A stretch of 36,813 nt of DNA from a virus (taxonomy: Duplodnaviria; Caudoviricetes): positions 1-36,813 of IMG/VR virus record IMGVR_UViG_3300016484_000181; one strand, given 5' to 3'. Under the pieces are notes generated by a model that saw nothing but the letters and a program-made list of their open reading frames with translations, searched no databases and had not been told where the DNA came from. The position numbers and the translations under genes were made by a program. Shown piece by piece: positions 18,170-28,092 of the stretch (position 1 is the first letter of the stretch; each line of letters opens with the position of its first letter).

Positions 18170-19615
18170 TTATCCCTTGAAGATAACGAAGTTGTTAGCA
18201 CCAAGTGTACAAAGCGCTCTTTCAGACAAGAAGTTAACTTGCATTGCATCAAGATCGCTAGTTGCAGCACCACCAGCTGAACCAGTCATCCAAGTTTTGT
18301 ATCTACGATCTTCAGCCTCAGAAGCTCTAAAACGCACGTGTAAGAACGGACGTCTAGCGTTTTTACCAAGAACTTGATCGTAAACAGTCATTGTTCCAGC
18401 AGGAACCAATACACCGTTAACTACACCACCAACTAAACCTCCACGAAGAGTTGCATCGTTAAGGTATTTCCAGTCAGTTTTGTAGAACTCGTATCCTCTC
18501 TTGAATCCAGAGAAACCAAGGTTCAATGCCATCTCCTCACTGTTATCAAATAAACCGTAAGAAGTACCACCAGCTCCGTAAGAGTTTTGAGCAGCCAACA
18601 TATCATCGATATCGAAAGAGAACTGACGATTCAAGAATAATACGTTTTCAGCGATAGCACCTTGTCTGTCTAATCTTTGAATGATAGTGTCAAAGTCAGC
18701 CAATGAAGATGGATTACCACCAGACCAAATGTTACCTCTAGTCTCAATAGCATCAAATAAACCTTGAGTACCAGCAGCTGTAGAACCAGCAGTTGTAGAA
18801 CCAGTTGCAGGAACAGTGCTAGGAGAAAGGTAAGCTAATGCATCAGAACCAGCTTGAGCAGGTACACCTTCAACCATTGCCATTTCAAGATAATCCTCAA
18901 AACGTAAACGAGTTTCGTGCTCTGACTTCATGTACCATAAGTACCCAGTAGCTCCATTTTCTGTAGTTACTTCAACCCATCCAACTTGAGCCATGTCAGA
19001 ACCAGATACAACATATGTATCTTTAATGATAATTGGTTTAACATCAAAGAATAAGTCTTCAGCCTCTAAAGATCCTACCATTCCAGTATCTCCCTTTCTA
19101 AACTCAGAACCGTAAACAAATACAGTTACAAGTTCAGTAGTTTGAGTAAATGGAGAACCAGATGCGTTGTAAAATTTAACAGTAAATGTAGTACCAGAAG
19201 GAGATACAGAACTAATAACACCTTTAGCAGAGTTTGCAGCTACTGATTGAGATGAAATAAATACTGTTTGATTTACTCTAAAGTTACATACAGTCAATGG
19301 AGAGGTAATAGGCATAGCAAAAGTTGCTGTGTCTGAACCAGCTGGGTCATTTGGAACGACATTTGTGTACTTTGTATGTAAACGACCTTGCTCTGCCCAT
19401 TTAATCATGTCAGAGTTTGTAGGAAGTTCAGCACCAACCATACGCAAGAAAGATGCGATTGATCTGTTTCCATAACGCTCAAATTCTTGCTCGTAAGTAT
19501 CTGGAAGATACTGATTCAAGAAGTTAAAGTTTGTAATATAATTTGAAGACAATGTTGCCTTCACCGCACTAGGTGTGATTGCTACACCTGGGCTTAATGC
19601 TAATGTACCAGCCAT
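18170..19615 (-). CDS. Major capsid protein (crAss-like, HK97 fold)
   Basis: QYLPDTYEQEFERYGNR, WAEQGRLH, TRLRFEDYLE, LNLGFSGF and PFLHVRFR motifs. Follows the scaffold and is followed by a terminator. Confidence 0.88.
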   Translation of the reverse strand: MAGTLALSPGVAITPSAVKATLSSNYITNFNFLNQYLPDTYEQEFERYGNRSIASFLRMVGAELPTNSDMIKWAEQGRLHTKYTNVVPNDPAGSDTATFAMPITSPLTVCNFRVNQTVFISSQSVAANSAKGVISSVSPSGTTFTVKFYNASGSPFTQTTELVTVFVYGSEFRKGDTGMVGSLEAEDLFFDVKPIIIKDTYVVSGSDMAQVGWVEVTTENGATGYLWYMKSEHETRLRFEDYLEMAMVEGVPAQAGSDALAYLSPSTVPATGSTTAGSTAAGTQGLFDAIETRGNIWSGGNPSSLADFDTIIQRLDRQGAIAENVLFLNRQFSFDIDDMLAAQNSYGAGGTSYGLFDNSEEMALNLGFSGFKRGYEFYKTDWKYLNDATLRGGLVGGVVNGVLVPAGTMTVYDQVLGKNARRPFLHVRFRASEAEDRRYKTWMTGSAGGAATSDLDAMQVNFLSERALCTLGANNFVIFKG

Positions 19616-19634
19616 TTTTTAAAAATTTAAAAGT

Positions 19635-20756
19635 TTAACGTTTTTTAATTACTAATCTACTTCCTCTGTCTGGATCTATTACTCTAATCTTTACTCCCTC
19701 TGATGGTGTAGATTGAGTTGCTTGACGAGTCATGTCAATATTTTTAGACTCCTTAGCAACATTTCCTACCGCATCTGCCATACCTTTTTCATAAAAGAAT
19801 TTGGCAAACTTATCAGGATTTCTAGCTATTGAAATAGAACGGTGAAAGGCTTCAGCATCTGCAAGATATCCTTTTTCATCAAGGAATTGTGAAACAAAGT
19901 TCCTTAAATCATTTTGTTCTTGCAGTAAGTTCTTACTATCTCCTGGCTTATAAACCAACTTCTTGTTCTCATCGACATTAAATTTGAAACCTTCAAATTT
20001 GTCAGAGAAAAGTTCTTGAGTTTTTTTAGAGAAGAATTCTGATCTTCTTGCGTTTTCTTCCTCCATAGACTTGGAAGACTCTTTATATCTCTTGAAAGCA
20101 TCGTAGTTTTCTTTTTCTTCCTGTGGAACAAATGTTTCCCTTGACTCAAGTGGAACCCTGTATTGTTCTTTAAGGTCGTTAAAGTACTTCTTAGCTTTTG
20201 AGAGCTCTTTTTTCTTTGCTAATCGTTTCTTCTTGATTTCTTTTTCATCATCGAAGTCTTCATCATAAGCAAATCTATCTGAAACATCAAACTTAATGTC
20301 TTCTGGTTCTAGATCTGGATTTTGCTCACGCTGATATTCAAAAAGCAAAGACTCTTCGTCCATTTCATCGTAGTTCTTATTCAAACGAATAAAATCTTCG
20401 ATTCCACGTCCTGTATCTTTTTTGTACTTTAGAAACGCAGAAACATCTTCGGGTAAATCCTCGTTTTGTTGTCTCTGCTCAAACAACTCATCTAAGTTGT
20501 TTATCTCTCTATTGTACCTTTGTCCAATATATGAAAGAACTTTACTATCATCAATTTCGTCAACAGGTGTTGACTCATTTGTTTCTGTAATAACTGTCTC
20601 TACAGTTTCTGGTGTAGTTACAATTGTTTCTACTGTCTCTGAAGGTTCAGCAACAACACCAGTCGATTCCTCGTGTTGTTTTAATAATTGTTCCTCAACT
20701 TCGGCAACAGACTTTTCTTCAAAGTCTACCGCCCTTACTTTAATTTCTCCTTCCAT
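19635..20756 (-). CDS. Capsid scaffolding/assembly protein
   Basis: Very acidic low-complexity N-terminus, coiled coil, FAKFFYEKGMADA, directly before the capsid gene. Confidence 0.7.
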   Translation of the reverse strand: MEGEIKVRAVDFEEKSVAEVEEQLLKQHEESTGVVAEPSETVETIVTTPETVETVITETNESTPVDEIDDSKVLSYIGQRYNREINNLDELFEQRQQNEDLPEDVSAFLKYKKDTGRGIEDFIRLNKNYDEMDEESLLFEYQREQNPDLEPEDIKFDVSDRFAYDEDFDDEKEIKKKRLAKKKELSKAKKYFNDLKEQYRVPLESRETFVPQEEKENYDAFKRYKESSKSMEEENARRSEFFSKKTQELFSDKFEGFKFNVDENKKLVYKPGDSKNLLQEQNDLRNFVSQFLDEKGYLADAEAFHRSISIARNPDKFAKFFYEKGMADAVGNVAKESKNIDMTRQATQSTPSEGVKIRVIDPDRGSRLVIKKR

Positions 20757-20777
20757 GTTAATTTAATTTAATTTTTA

Positions 20778-20785
20778 CAAAGTTA
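20778..20785 (-). promoter_or_regulatory. Bacteroidota -7 element TAACTTTG
   Basis: TAnnTTTG in the gap before scaffold-capsid, followed by a TAAATTAAATTAA leader. Confidence 0.65.
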
Positions 20786-20797
20786 ATAATAATTTTA

Positions 20798-21430
20798 TTA
20801 CTCATTTTCGTAGAACATTGACTGCGAGTCTTCTGTGTGCCACTTCTCGTAACCCTCGCAATTAAAGTACTCGTTGTTTACTAAATAGTTTGGTTTTTCT
20901 GGGAATGGTTTAGTTACAAATGAAGGCTCAGACCATTTTATCCTATTGTTAGGTTGTAATGCAATTTGACCATTATCAAGAAGTATTATATGATGTGACT
21001 TGTGCTCAAGTCCATCCTCAGCTAATGAAAGATCAGTATTTAAGTCGTTAGCTCCCCAGTTTATTGTAGCATAGTAACTACCAGAGTACCAATTTCTATC
21101 CTTCATGTATACATCAACCTTAGTGTCATAAACATAAGAAAGATGCAATAACGTAAAGTTATAAGAAAAACAATTCCATATCTGTAGGTAATGGAACGGC
21201 AAATCTGGATCTGGAGTCTTAGGTTCTGTAAGTAATGCGTGTGATGGAAGTTTATCTCTCATTACACCATTTTCAAGTAACACTTGAAATAATGCAGCCT
21301 GTCCAGGCATACACCTTACGGACATTATAACTCCTGGTGTAAACTCACCATGACCTTCTTTGAATTGGTACATGTACTCATTCCTAACAAATACTTTGAG
21401 AGGAAAAAAGTTGTGTTCTATGTATGCCAT
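20798..21430 (-). CDS. Hypothetical phage protein (210 aa)
   Basis: Clean ORF with LQIWNCFS, EHKSHH and LDNGQIALQPNNRI motifs. No function recognised. Confidence 0.7.
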   Translation of the reverse strand: MAYIEHNFFPLKVFVRNEYMYQFKEGHGEFTPGVIMSVRCMPGQAALFQVLLENGVMRDKLPSHALLTEPKTPDPDLPFHYLQIWNCFSYNFTLLHLSYVYDTKVDVYMKDRNWYSGSYYATINWGANDLNTDLSLAEDGLEHKSHHIILLDNGQIALQPNNRIKWSEPSFVTKPFPEKPNYLVNNEYFNCEGYEKWHTEDSQSMFYENE

Positions 21431-21431
21431 A

Positions 21432-23861
21432 CTACTTTGGTTCGAAAGACTCTAAATCAAATCCATCTAGAGAATCTTCAGTGCTCTCAAAGTTAATTGG
21501 AGGAAGATTGTTTTTTCTTTGATTAATTAATTCAGATTGTCTTGATGCTTGGATATCAACTCTTTTATCTTTAGCTTTCTCTTTATCTTCATCTCTCTTT
21601 TTAAGTTCTTCAGACTCCATGCCTTTTAATTGCATGTTGTACTGGAACTCAAGATCCATTAGCTCTCTTTTCATATCAACCTCAGCCCTCATTCTCATTA
21701 TATCATAATTAGCTTCAGCCTCTTTAATCTGAATTTTACTTTGAGCCTCCATTTGTAGCAATTGAGCCTTAGACTCAGCAGCAGCTTGTTGTGACTGCAT
21801 GTTAGTCTGCATTTGCATTTGGTACTCCATCTGCTTGTCCTTTTGTTGCTGCTCAATTCTTCTCTTTCTTTTCATCTTCAACAACTCATTAGCCAACTTA
21901 ATATTCTTGATGTTTCTAATATCAATAGCATCTTCTAGATCAATTGTTTGTTGTTGTAGAGCAACTTGAATGTTAGCTTCAAGCATTTGTCTCTCATCCT
22001 CATCTGGATCAAGGTCAATGAATATACCGAAATCAAATAAGTAAAGTTCTCTCATCTCATCGAGAATAGATATGTTATACTTACCAATTTGCATTGCAAA
22101 CTCTTCAGCAAAGTCAGAGTACTCTAGTATATCGGCAACTCTAATAGAAACACATTCAGCCAATCTCTTTGTGATGTTTAGGTTTCCTTCTAAGATATGT
22201 CTTGTAGCTGTGTTAGAGTTCATGGCAGCCATCTTCTGTATGCCAACTAAAGCATCTGGATTAGGCGTGCTTCCGTCTCTTGCCTCATTAATACCAGTCA
22301 CATCTCTAATCATGCTTAGATAGTGATTGTAGTTATTTATAAGAGAAGACATCTTAGCTTGTCCACTATTTGTGTTTAACTCTTGAATTGGAATTCTAGC
22401 ATTGTTAAACTCACCATCTTGAGTATAGCTTCTACCAATAACACTACCAGTTTGAAAGTAAAGTTTCAATGCATCCTCTGGATTGTATGCAGCACCAGTT
22501 CCAAGGTCAACCTCATTAATACCATCGGCATCAATAAATACACCATCTGGAACTACTCTTGCTGTAACTTGCTGTAGCTTTAAGTGTGTCAACTGAATCT
22601 GATCAGCAAATGGAATCATACGTCTAACTAATGACTCCATTGCTCCCTTATACATTCTAGGAGCAAAAGCTACATAGTTAGGATAAGCTCTTTGAGATGC
22701 TGACTTAGGACGAACCATGTTACGCATCATCTCCCACTTGAGTATAATATTTGTACCAGCCACAAGAACACCCTCATACCACACATCTCTAACTGCCTCT
22801 ACTCTTTCAAATGGCATTCCATCTTCCATTGGTGGATTAAAATCTTCATCCTTCCTAATTACTCTCTCTCCACCATTCTCTAGTAATTTCTTCTTCCAAA
22901 CAAACTTCTTGCTTGCCTTGTAGTTAAAGTATATAAGTGTTACGATTTCGTTTGTAAAGTAATCATCTTGATAGTTTCTGATAATAGGAAAGTATGTGTA
23001 CCAAGCAGCACTACTATTTCTAATCTCGTTTAATTGCTCTTCAGTAAGTGTAGGATCAATCTTTAGAACCTCTGTGTAGTGCATCTGCTTAACCTCACCA
23101 AAATAGTAACAATCTGAGAAGTCATTCTTCTCAGTGTAGCTATGAATCCAGTTTGCAGGGTCAACGTATTCAACCTTTAATCCATCGTTAACTAAGAAAG
23201 AATGCTTAACAACAGATACGCCAAGCGTCACTAAGTCATAGTTCATTAGTTTTCTTAGCTCATCGTAACTGTTCATCTCAAATATAGTGTCAATAGCAAT
23301 CTCATTAGCTATCTCTATACTCGGCTTGTACTTGATTTGCATGTACAACTCAAGCTCTTCATCAGTATCTGGAAGTTCTTTTGGATCAACATTAAATGCA
23401 TTTACACCAAACTGATCTTGAGTCATTTGTAAGAAATCTTTGGCTACCATGTCAGCCTCAATCATTTCTTGGAATATATTCTTTTTCTCAGCAGACATTA
23501 CGTCTTGAGCTTCTGTCCTAACTTTAAACAGTCTATCAGACATTCCATTAACAACAACGTCAACGAACTTAGGAATAACAGGAACTGGAGTCCAGTCTAA
23601 GTTCATCATTGACATGTCACCATTTATAGCTAACTCATCCTTGTACTTTTGTACTGGCTGTTGACCACGAGCATAAAGTCTTAATCTGTGGAACTCACCC
23701 CACTGATCATAAAACCTACAGGTATTATTTTTTCTCTTGAACCATTCTCCTTCAATGGCCTTGCCAACACTTAAGCCGTACTTAACTGTTTGCTTCTCTT
23801 CATCCGATACCATTTGGCTTGGAAACGGATTTTGATATATGACAACGGATGGTTTCTCCAT
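21432..23861 (-). CDS. Portal protein
   Basis: LDWTPVPVIPKFVDVVVNG and IRDVTGINEARDG motifs, Gln-rich C-terminal coiled-coil barrel, follows the terminase. Confidence 0.88.
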   Translation of the reverse strand: MEKPSVVIYQNPFPSQMVSDEEKQTVKYGLSVGKAIEGEWFKRKNNTCRFYDQWGEFHRLRLYARGQQPVQKYKDELAINGDMSMMNLDWTPVPVIPKFVDVVVNGMSDRLFKVRTEAQDVMSAEKKNIFQEMIEADMVAKDFLQMTQDQFGVNAFNVDPKELPDTDEELELYMQIKYKPSIEIANEIAIDTIFEMNSYDELRKLMNYDLVTLGVSVVKHSFLVNDGLKVEYVDPANWIHSYTEKNDFSDCYYFGEVKQMHYTEVLKIDPTLTEEQLNEIRNSSAAWYTYFPIIRNYQDDYFTNEIVTLIYFNYKASKKFVWKKKLLENGGERVIRKDEDFNPPMEDGMPFERVEAVRDVWYEGVLVAGTNIILKWEMMRNMVRPKSASQRAYPNYVAFAPRMYKGAMESLVRRMIPFADQIQLTHLKLQQVTARVVPDGVFIDADGINEVDLGTGAAYNPEDALKLYFQTGSVIGRSYTQDGEFNNARIPIQELNTNSGQAKMSSLINNYNHYLSMIRDVTGINEARDGSTPNPDALVGIQKMAAMNSNTATRHILEGNLNITKRLAECVSIRVADILEYSDFAEEFAMQIGKYNISILDEMRELYLFDFGIFIDLDPDEDERQMLEANIQVALQQQTIDLEDAIDIRNIKNIKLANELLKMKRKRRIEQQQKDKQMEYQMQMQTNMQSQQAAAESKAQLLQMEAQSKIQIKEAEANYDIMRMRAEVDMKRELMDLEFQYNMQLKGMESEELKKRDEDKEKAKDKRVDIQASRQSELINQRKNNLPPINFESTEDSLDGFDLESFEPK

Positions 23862-23862
23862 T

Positions 23863-26082
23863 CTATTCTATAATTTTGCTGTGACTGCCCTGATTATTAT
23901 ATCTTACAAATTTAATACTAATTTTTGATTCTTTTCTCTCTGGAGTAAACATATGTCTTCTTGTTGCCATTATTGCTAATCCAGAACTAATTGAAGCATC
24001 GTATTTGGTCCTGTTCATTGGGTCAAACCTGGCCCAATCCTCAAGAGTTTTATTGAAGTACATGGACCCAATAGTCTCTGGATCTCTATACGTACCCTCT
24101 GTATCAAAACCTACGTACTCTTCGATGTAAGACTCTATACATGACGCATGAGCTTGTCTAACGTCCTCGCTAGAGTTTGGTATACCACCTATCTCAAGCT
24201 CAGTTTTTGATAGCTTATTCATGTTCTTATCTGGCCTATTCATAGCAAACCCCCTGTATCCCCTATTCTTAAAGTGATACAATAGTCTAGCCTTGTTGTT
24301 CTCTGCAAGTATTGGCATTCCATAAAAGTGACAAGCCATTAGTACATCCTCAAAAAATATTTCAGCTGTTTGTGGCCTAGCTATGTACTCTAAAAAGAAT
24401 TCATTAGTTGGACCTTCAGACATGTGAAACTTGGTCATACCATGGAGAGCACCGTTAGAACCACCTCCTCCAACAACACCCGATATGTCATAAGGGTCAC
24501 AACCAAACGCTCCCATATGTTCATTACCTGGATATTTTTTCCCATTTTTAGTTATAACATTATTTCTTAAATTCTGTTTTGGTATCCATGACACCAAGAA
24601 CCTACCATTCTTATCTGGAGTCCATATCACCTCAGTGTCTTTCTCACCGTTCTTCCAGTGGAAGTATCCTCTAGTCAAGAACTTCTCCTTGATTAGAGAG
24701 TCGTTATAGTCAATCTGCTGATATATCTTAGTCAAGTTGAATATAGACTGCTTAGACTCGTCTCTAAACGCATGAGACTCAGTCCTAGGAAACTGTCTAT
24801 AGAACTCGTTAAGGGCATCAGAGTCTGATTTGAGTGCGTTAACCTCGTTGTTCCACCAAGTTATTACACCTGTACTTATCATCTCTCCATCTATACCCTT
24901 TATAGGTTTTTCTGGATTATCAAATACTGGCCATCCAAACTCATCGATGTATCCCTCAACGTTCCACTCCATTGGAATAAACAACGAGTATAGACCACTC
25001 TTGGTCTGATCATTAGCCGATCTCTGGGCCACACTACTATCATTGTATAGCTTCTTAAAGTTCTCACCGCCCTTTGGTAGTGCGTTTGACGTTGATCCCA
25101 TCATACACTTACCAATGACCTTAGCTCCCAAACGCAAACAGGTCTTTGTTACTCTCCAGTTATTTAAAATGTTCTCTGGCTTTTCCCACTTACCACTCTC
25201 GTCATGAACAAGCAACAATAGTTTCTCACCATCGTAGCTGTTATCGGCTGTGTTCTTCCAGTCAATAGTTGTGTCTAGTCCCTCTATGTCCTCAGTCTTT
25301 TCCTCGTCCATATTCTTCCTAGTAATCTTACTAGCAGGTACACGAAACGCCAGCTCAGTTTTTGGATTATCCATACCGTCCTGTATTGGCTTGAAGAAGA
25401 ACGGATAGTTTCTTATGATTGGTACAACCTTGTCGGTAAACATCTTCTTGGCATCGCTACCAGTCTTTGATAGTATGCCTATTCTAGAGTCCCTTACAAT
25501 TGTACCTGTATTGCACGTCTCAGCTGAACTCATAAAAGAGAATCCAGAACGTCTGTTCTTTAGGTAGCACATACCAAACGATCTGTTGTCCGCCTTGCAT
25601 GCCTCCCAAAATATATAAAATATTCTGTTTGACTCCCTAAAGTCTGGAAGACCAATATCAATCTTGGTCCATTGTAAATACATATAGTGAGTTCCAGTTA
25701 TGTACGTTGGCTTTCCGTTATTTACAAACCAAAATCCATTGTCTCTCCTATCAAACTCATTCTCTATATAGTCTACGTACTGAACCTTGAATGCGTTGTC
25801 CTTTCTATTCCAATCGAATATGCTCTTTATTCTTTGAAGTTCTTTTGGATACTCAACAGCCTCCCACTTTGAACCTCTATCTTCTACCTTGTCTGGAACA
25901 GATGGTAGAGCTATCTTTAGTCCGCTTATATTGTATATATCACCTATTGTTCCATCTTTAGATATAACTACAAGGTCATGATCTTTATTGTATCCATACT
26001 CCCAGTTCTTCCTCCTATTTTTATTAGAGATTGTAGACTTACTTACATAGTCCTCAAGAACAGTATACAGATTATTTTCCAT
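23863..26082 (-). CDS. Terminase large subunit
   Basis: Walker A-like KNRRSGFS, Walker B LLVHDESGKW, MGSTSN coupling motif, nuclease motifs GCDPYD, LAENNK and YDASISS. Confidence 0.92.
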   Translation of the reverse strand: MENNLYTVLEDYVSKSTISNKNRRKNWEYGYNKDHDLVVISKDGTIGDIYNISGLKIALPSVPDKVEDRGSKWEAVEYPKELQRIKSIFDWNRKDNAFKVQYVDYIENEFDRRDNGFWFVNNGKPTYITGTHYMYLQWTKIDIGLPDFRESNRIFYIFWEACKADNRSFGMCYLKNRRSGFSFMSSAETCNTGTIVRDSRIGILSKTGSDAKKMFTDKVVPIIRNYPFFFKPIQDGMDNPKTELAFRVPASKITRKNMDEEKTEDIEGLDTTIDWKNTADNSYDGEKLLLLVHDESGKWEKPENILNNWRVTKTCLRLGAKVIGKCMMGSTSNALPKGGENFKKLYNDSSVAQRSANDQTKSGLYSLFIPMEWNVEGYIDEFGWPVFDNPEKPIKGIDGEMISTGVITWWNNEVNALKSDSDALNEFYRQFPRTESHAFRDESKQSIFNLTKIYQQIDYNDSLIKEKFLTRGYFHWKNGEKDTEVIWTPDKNGRFLVSWIPKQNLRNNVITKNGKKYPGNEHMGAFGCDPYDISGVVGGGGSNGALHGMTKFHMSEGPTNEFFLEYIARPQTAEIFFEDVLMACHFYGMPILAENNKARLLYHFKNRGYRGFAMNRPDKNMNKLSKTELEIGGIPNSSEDVRQAHASCIESYIEEYVGFDTEGTYRDPETIGSMYFNKTLEDWARFDPMNRTKYDASISSGLAIMATRRHMFTPERKESKISIKFVRYNNQGSHSKIIE
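23907..23914 (-). promoter_or_regulatory. Possible -7 element TAAATTTG for the portal gene
   Basis: TAnnTTTG inside the 3' end of the terminase, 45 nt before the portal ATG. Confidence 0.45.
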
Positions 26083-26353
26083 TCTTTATTTTTGCTTTGC
26101 CCTCTGCAAAACCATGCTTACCAAATTCAATTTGTGCAACAGGTTGCTGCGTATCTTTGTTCTCTTCCTCGTCAATCTTACCAAGCATATATATGGCATC
26201 CTCAAATGCAAGTCTCTTTGCTGATGCCGCATTTTTTAACTTATCAGCAGATATGTCATCCTCAGCATGAGTGATTATTGGTTCCTTAAGAACCTTTATC
26301 AACTCATCAACAGCTATCTTTGCAGCCTGTATTAACTCTATTTTTTTAGACAT
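26072..26353 (-). CDS. Helical protein, candidate terminase small subunit
   Basis: Overlaps the terminase large subunit start. Function is inferred from position only. Confidence 0.45.
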   Translation of the reverse strand: MSKKIELIQAAKIAVDELIKVLKEPIITHAEDDISADKLKNAASAKRLAFEDAIYMLGKIDEEENKDTQQPVAQIEFGKHGFAEGKAKIKNGK

Positions 26354-26898
26354 ATATTCTTGTTATACATTCTATAAAGTACTTCATCGTCTATTCTGAA
26401 CTCGTACTCACTATCTGGTGAAAAAGCTACAATATCACCCCTTGATACATCTTTAAGCAAATCATTAAAGTATACTAGTTCACCCCATAATTCTTCCCTT
26501 GATCCAGTGGTTGAGATAACCTTGTCTTGATTTTTTATAGGTCTTACAAAGCAAAATGGATATGGTGACATCCATTCTCCTTCTGGATCTTTGTACAGAT
26601 ATAACTGATCAGACTCTATAATAAAGTAATCATCAAACAAGTGATGCCAGCTACTCTTCTGGTTACCCTTCATGTCATAGTAGAACTTAAATACGTTATG
26701 ATGAACTATCACATGATCGCCACTCTTTATTGGACCATCATAGTTTATTGGAACAGAAACAACCACACCGAGTCTGTTAGATACAGTGTGGTCTTCCTGT
26801 GATGTGCTTATAATAAAATCAACTTCACCATACTTACGTATGTTGTCATAACGCCTACTATTGTAAGGTTTTATGATAAAATGATGTGGAGACTTCAT
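26338..26898 (-). CDS. Tandem GroES-like (double Cpn10-fold) protein
   Basis: Two GroES-like units: FIIKP..GVVVSVP..IKSGDHVIV and CFVRP..GELVYFN..VSRGDIVAF..EFRIDDEVLYRM. Confidence 0.6.
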   Translation of the reverse strand: MKSPHHFIIKPYNSRRYDNIRKYGEVDFIISTSQEDHTVSNRLGVVVSVPINYDGPIKSGDHVIVHHNVFKFYYDMKGNQKSSWHHLFDDYFIIESDQLYLYKDPEGEWMSPYPFCFVRPIKNQDKVISTTGSREELWGELVYFNDLLKDVSRGDIVAFSPDSEYEFRIDDEVLYRMYNKNICLKK

Positions 26899-27122
26899 TA
26901 GAAATCTATGTTGTACTCAATAGATACTGGCATTGAAGCAGAGAAACTTTTCCACTTTACAATCTCCTTGTCTTGATTCAATATATAAATAGATATAGAT
27001 GAATCAGACTCCATTAATATAGTGTCTATGGATCCGTTTCCTCTTAGGACATCTTGACCTACTACATAGTGCATTGACTTCATGTAGTCAGGACCTACTG
27101 ATATTTTTCTAATTATATTCAC
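26898..27122 (-). CDS. Small beta-rich hypothetical protein
   Basis: IRKISVGPDY..MHYVVGQ..WKSF..MPVSIEYNIDF. GTG at 27122 is preferred to reduce overlap with the upstream gene. Confidence 0.65.
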   Translation of the reverse strand: MNIIRKISVGPDYMKSMHYVVGQDVLRGNGSIDTILMESDSSISIYILNQDKEIVKWKSFSASMPVSIEYNIDF

Positions 27123-27354
27123 CTGTTTGAAGATTGATTTTAATGTCTCCATATTTAGACACTAACTCATCTTGAAACTGTGATAAATCAAAAGCAGATG
27201 TTTCTAGATTAGCTAATGATGCCATCTTTTGACTTTTCATTCGTTCAAATGAAACTTCAATGTCAGCGATTTGGAATTTAAGATCTCTGTAAGTTTGATT
27301 TAAAGATCTAAGTTTGTCTAACTCTTCTTGAGTAATTTTTTTTTCTTTTGCCAT
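27109..27354 (-). CDS. Small coiled-coil protein
   Basis: KKITQEELDKL..LVSKYGDIKINLQTGE, with an AT-rich leader and an upstream promoter. Confidence 0.7.
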   Translation of the reverse strand: MAKEKKITQEELDKLRSLNQTYRDLKFQIADIEVSFERMKSQKMASLANLETSAFDLSQFQDELVSKYGDIKINLQTGEYN

Positions 27355-27378
27355 TTTATTTAATTTAGAATTACGTCA

Positions 27379-27386
27379 CAAATATA
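27379..27386 (-). promoter_or_regulatory. Bacteroidota -7 element TATATTTG
   Basis: TAnnTTTG in the intergenic gap ahead of the packaging genes. Confidence 0.65.
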
Positions 27387-27404
27387 GTAAAATTTAGTGA
27401 CAAA

Positions 27405-27809
27405 TTACATAGATATGTACCAAGTAGTGTCGCTATTATTATACTGAAAACAAACTGGAGTATGTGCAGTTAAAGAAGATGGTGCGCCAACAATTGATCC
27501 GCCAGGAGTAACCCAAGTAGTAGTAGGTCTGTTTACAGTAGACATAATAACATACTTAAGGCCATCAATATTAGAACTAGCGGTTGGCAATGTAATTGCA
27601 AAGTTTGCACCAGCAGTACCAGTAAAGTATGTATTAATGTTTGCTATTGTAGCAGCAATCAGAGTGTTTGTAGATACAATAGACGGTGTCTGAGTTAAGT
27701 TAACTACATCCTGCATCTTAAAGTTAACAGTTTCACCTGTTGAATTCTTTGTTCCAAACAACAAGTCATTTACACTTGGTGTTTTTATCTGATAATTTGC
27801 TGCTTTCAT
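27405..27809 (-). CDS. Small fibre-like structural protein
   Basis: Thr-rich beta protein with an AITLPTAS..GLKY motif common in fibre domains. Confidence 0.55.
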   Translation of the reverse strand: MKAANYQIKTPSVNDLLFGTKNSTGETVNFKMQDVVNLTQTPSIVSTNTLIAATIANINTYFTGTAGANFAITLPTASSNIDGLKYVIMSTVNRPTTTWVTPGGSIVGAPSSLTAHTPVCFQYNNSDTTWYISM

Positions 27810-27943
27810 CGTCCTTGTCCTTTATATTTTTTCTTATAGTTCTTTGATGTCTTTAAAACAGATGTCTTAGTCTTGGCATGTACGCCAGGTCTTTCCACGT
27901 GTTTTTTATCAAATGATTTTACCTCTAGTGTTTTCTTGCTCAT
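27806..27943 (-). CDS. Small basic protein (MSKKTLEV...RPGVHAKT...KNYKKKYKGQGR, 45 aa), below the ORF-track cutoff
   Basis: Translated by hand. ATGA overlaps at both ends. Confidence 0.75.
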   Translation of the reverse strand: MSKKTLEVKSFDKKHVERPGVHAKTKTSVLKTSKNYKKKYKGQGR

Positions 27944-28092
27944 CTGTTTCTAAGTGTAAAGTTAATAAAAGTAATTGAATAAAAATTTCTGCATACGTCA
28001 ACGTCAATAGCAAAGAACCTTACAGGACCAAGTATAACTCTTATACTTACGTGTCCCCAGATCTCTCTAAACCAGTGACTCTTGAATTTCAT
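27940..28092 (-). CDS. Small hypothetical protein (MKFKSHWFRE...FINFTLRNR, 50 aa), below the ORF-track cutoff
   Basis: Translated by hand. ATGA overlaps with the amidase stop and the next start. Confidence 0.7.
   Translation of the reverse strand: MKFKSHWFREIWGHVSIRVILGPVRFFAIDVDVCRNFYSITFINFTLRNR

Noticed and set aside
4650-26274. Other short plus-strand and alternative-frame ORFs inside long genes (e.g. 4650-4922, 9546-9812, 16157-16351, 19904-20149, 20422-20766, 25978-26274)
   Set aside because: They overlap well-supported genes and lack recognisable motifs or initiation context, unlike the nested ORF at 1027-1176.
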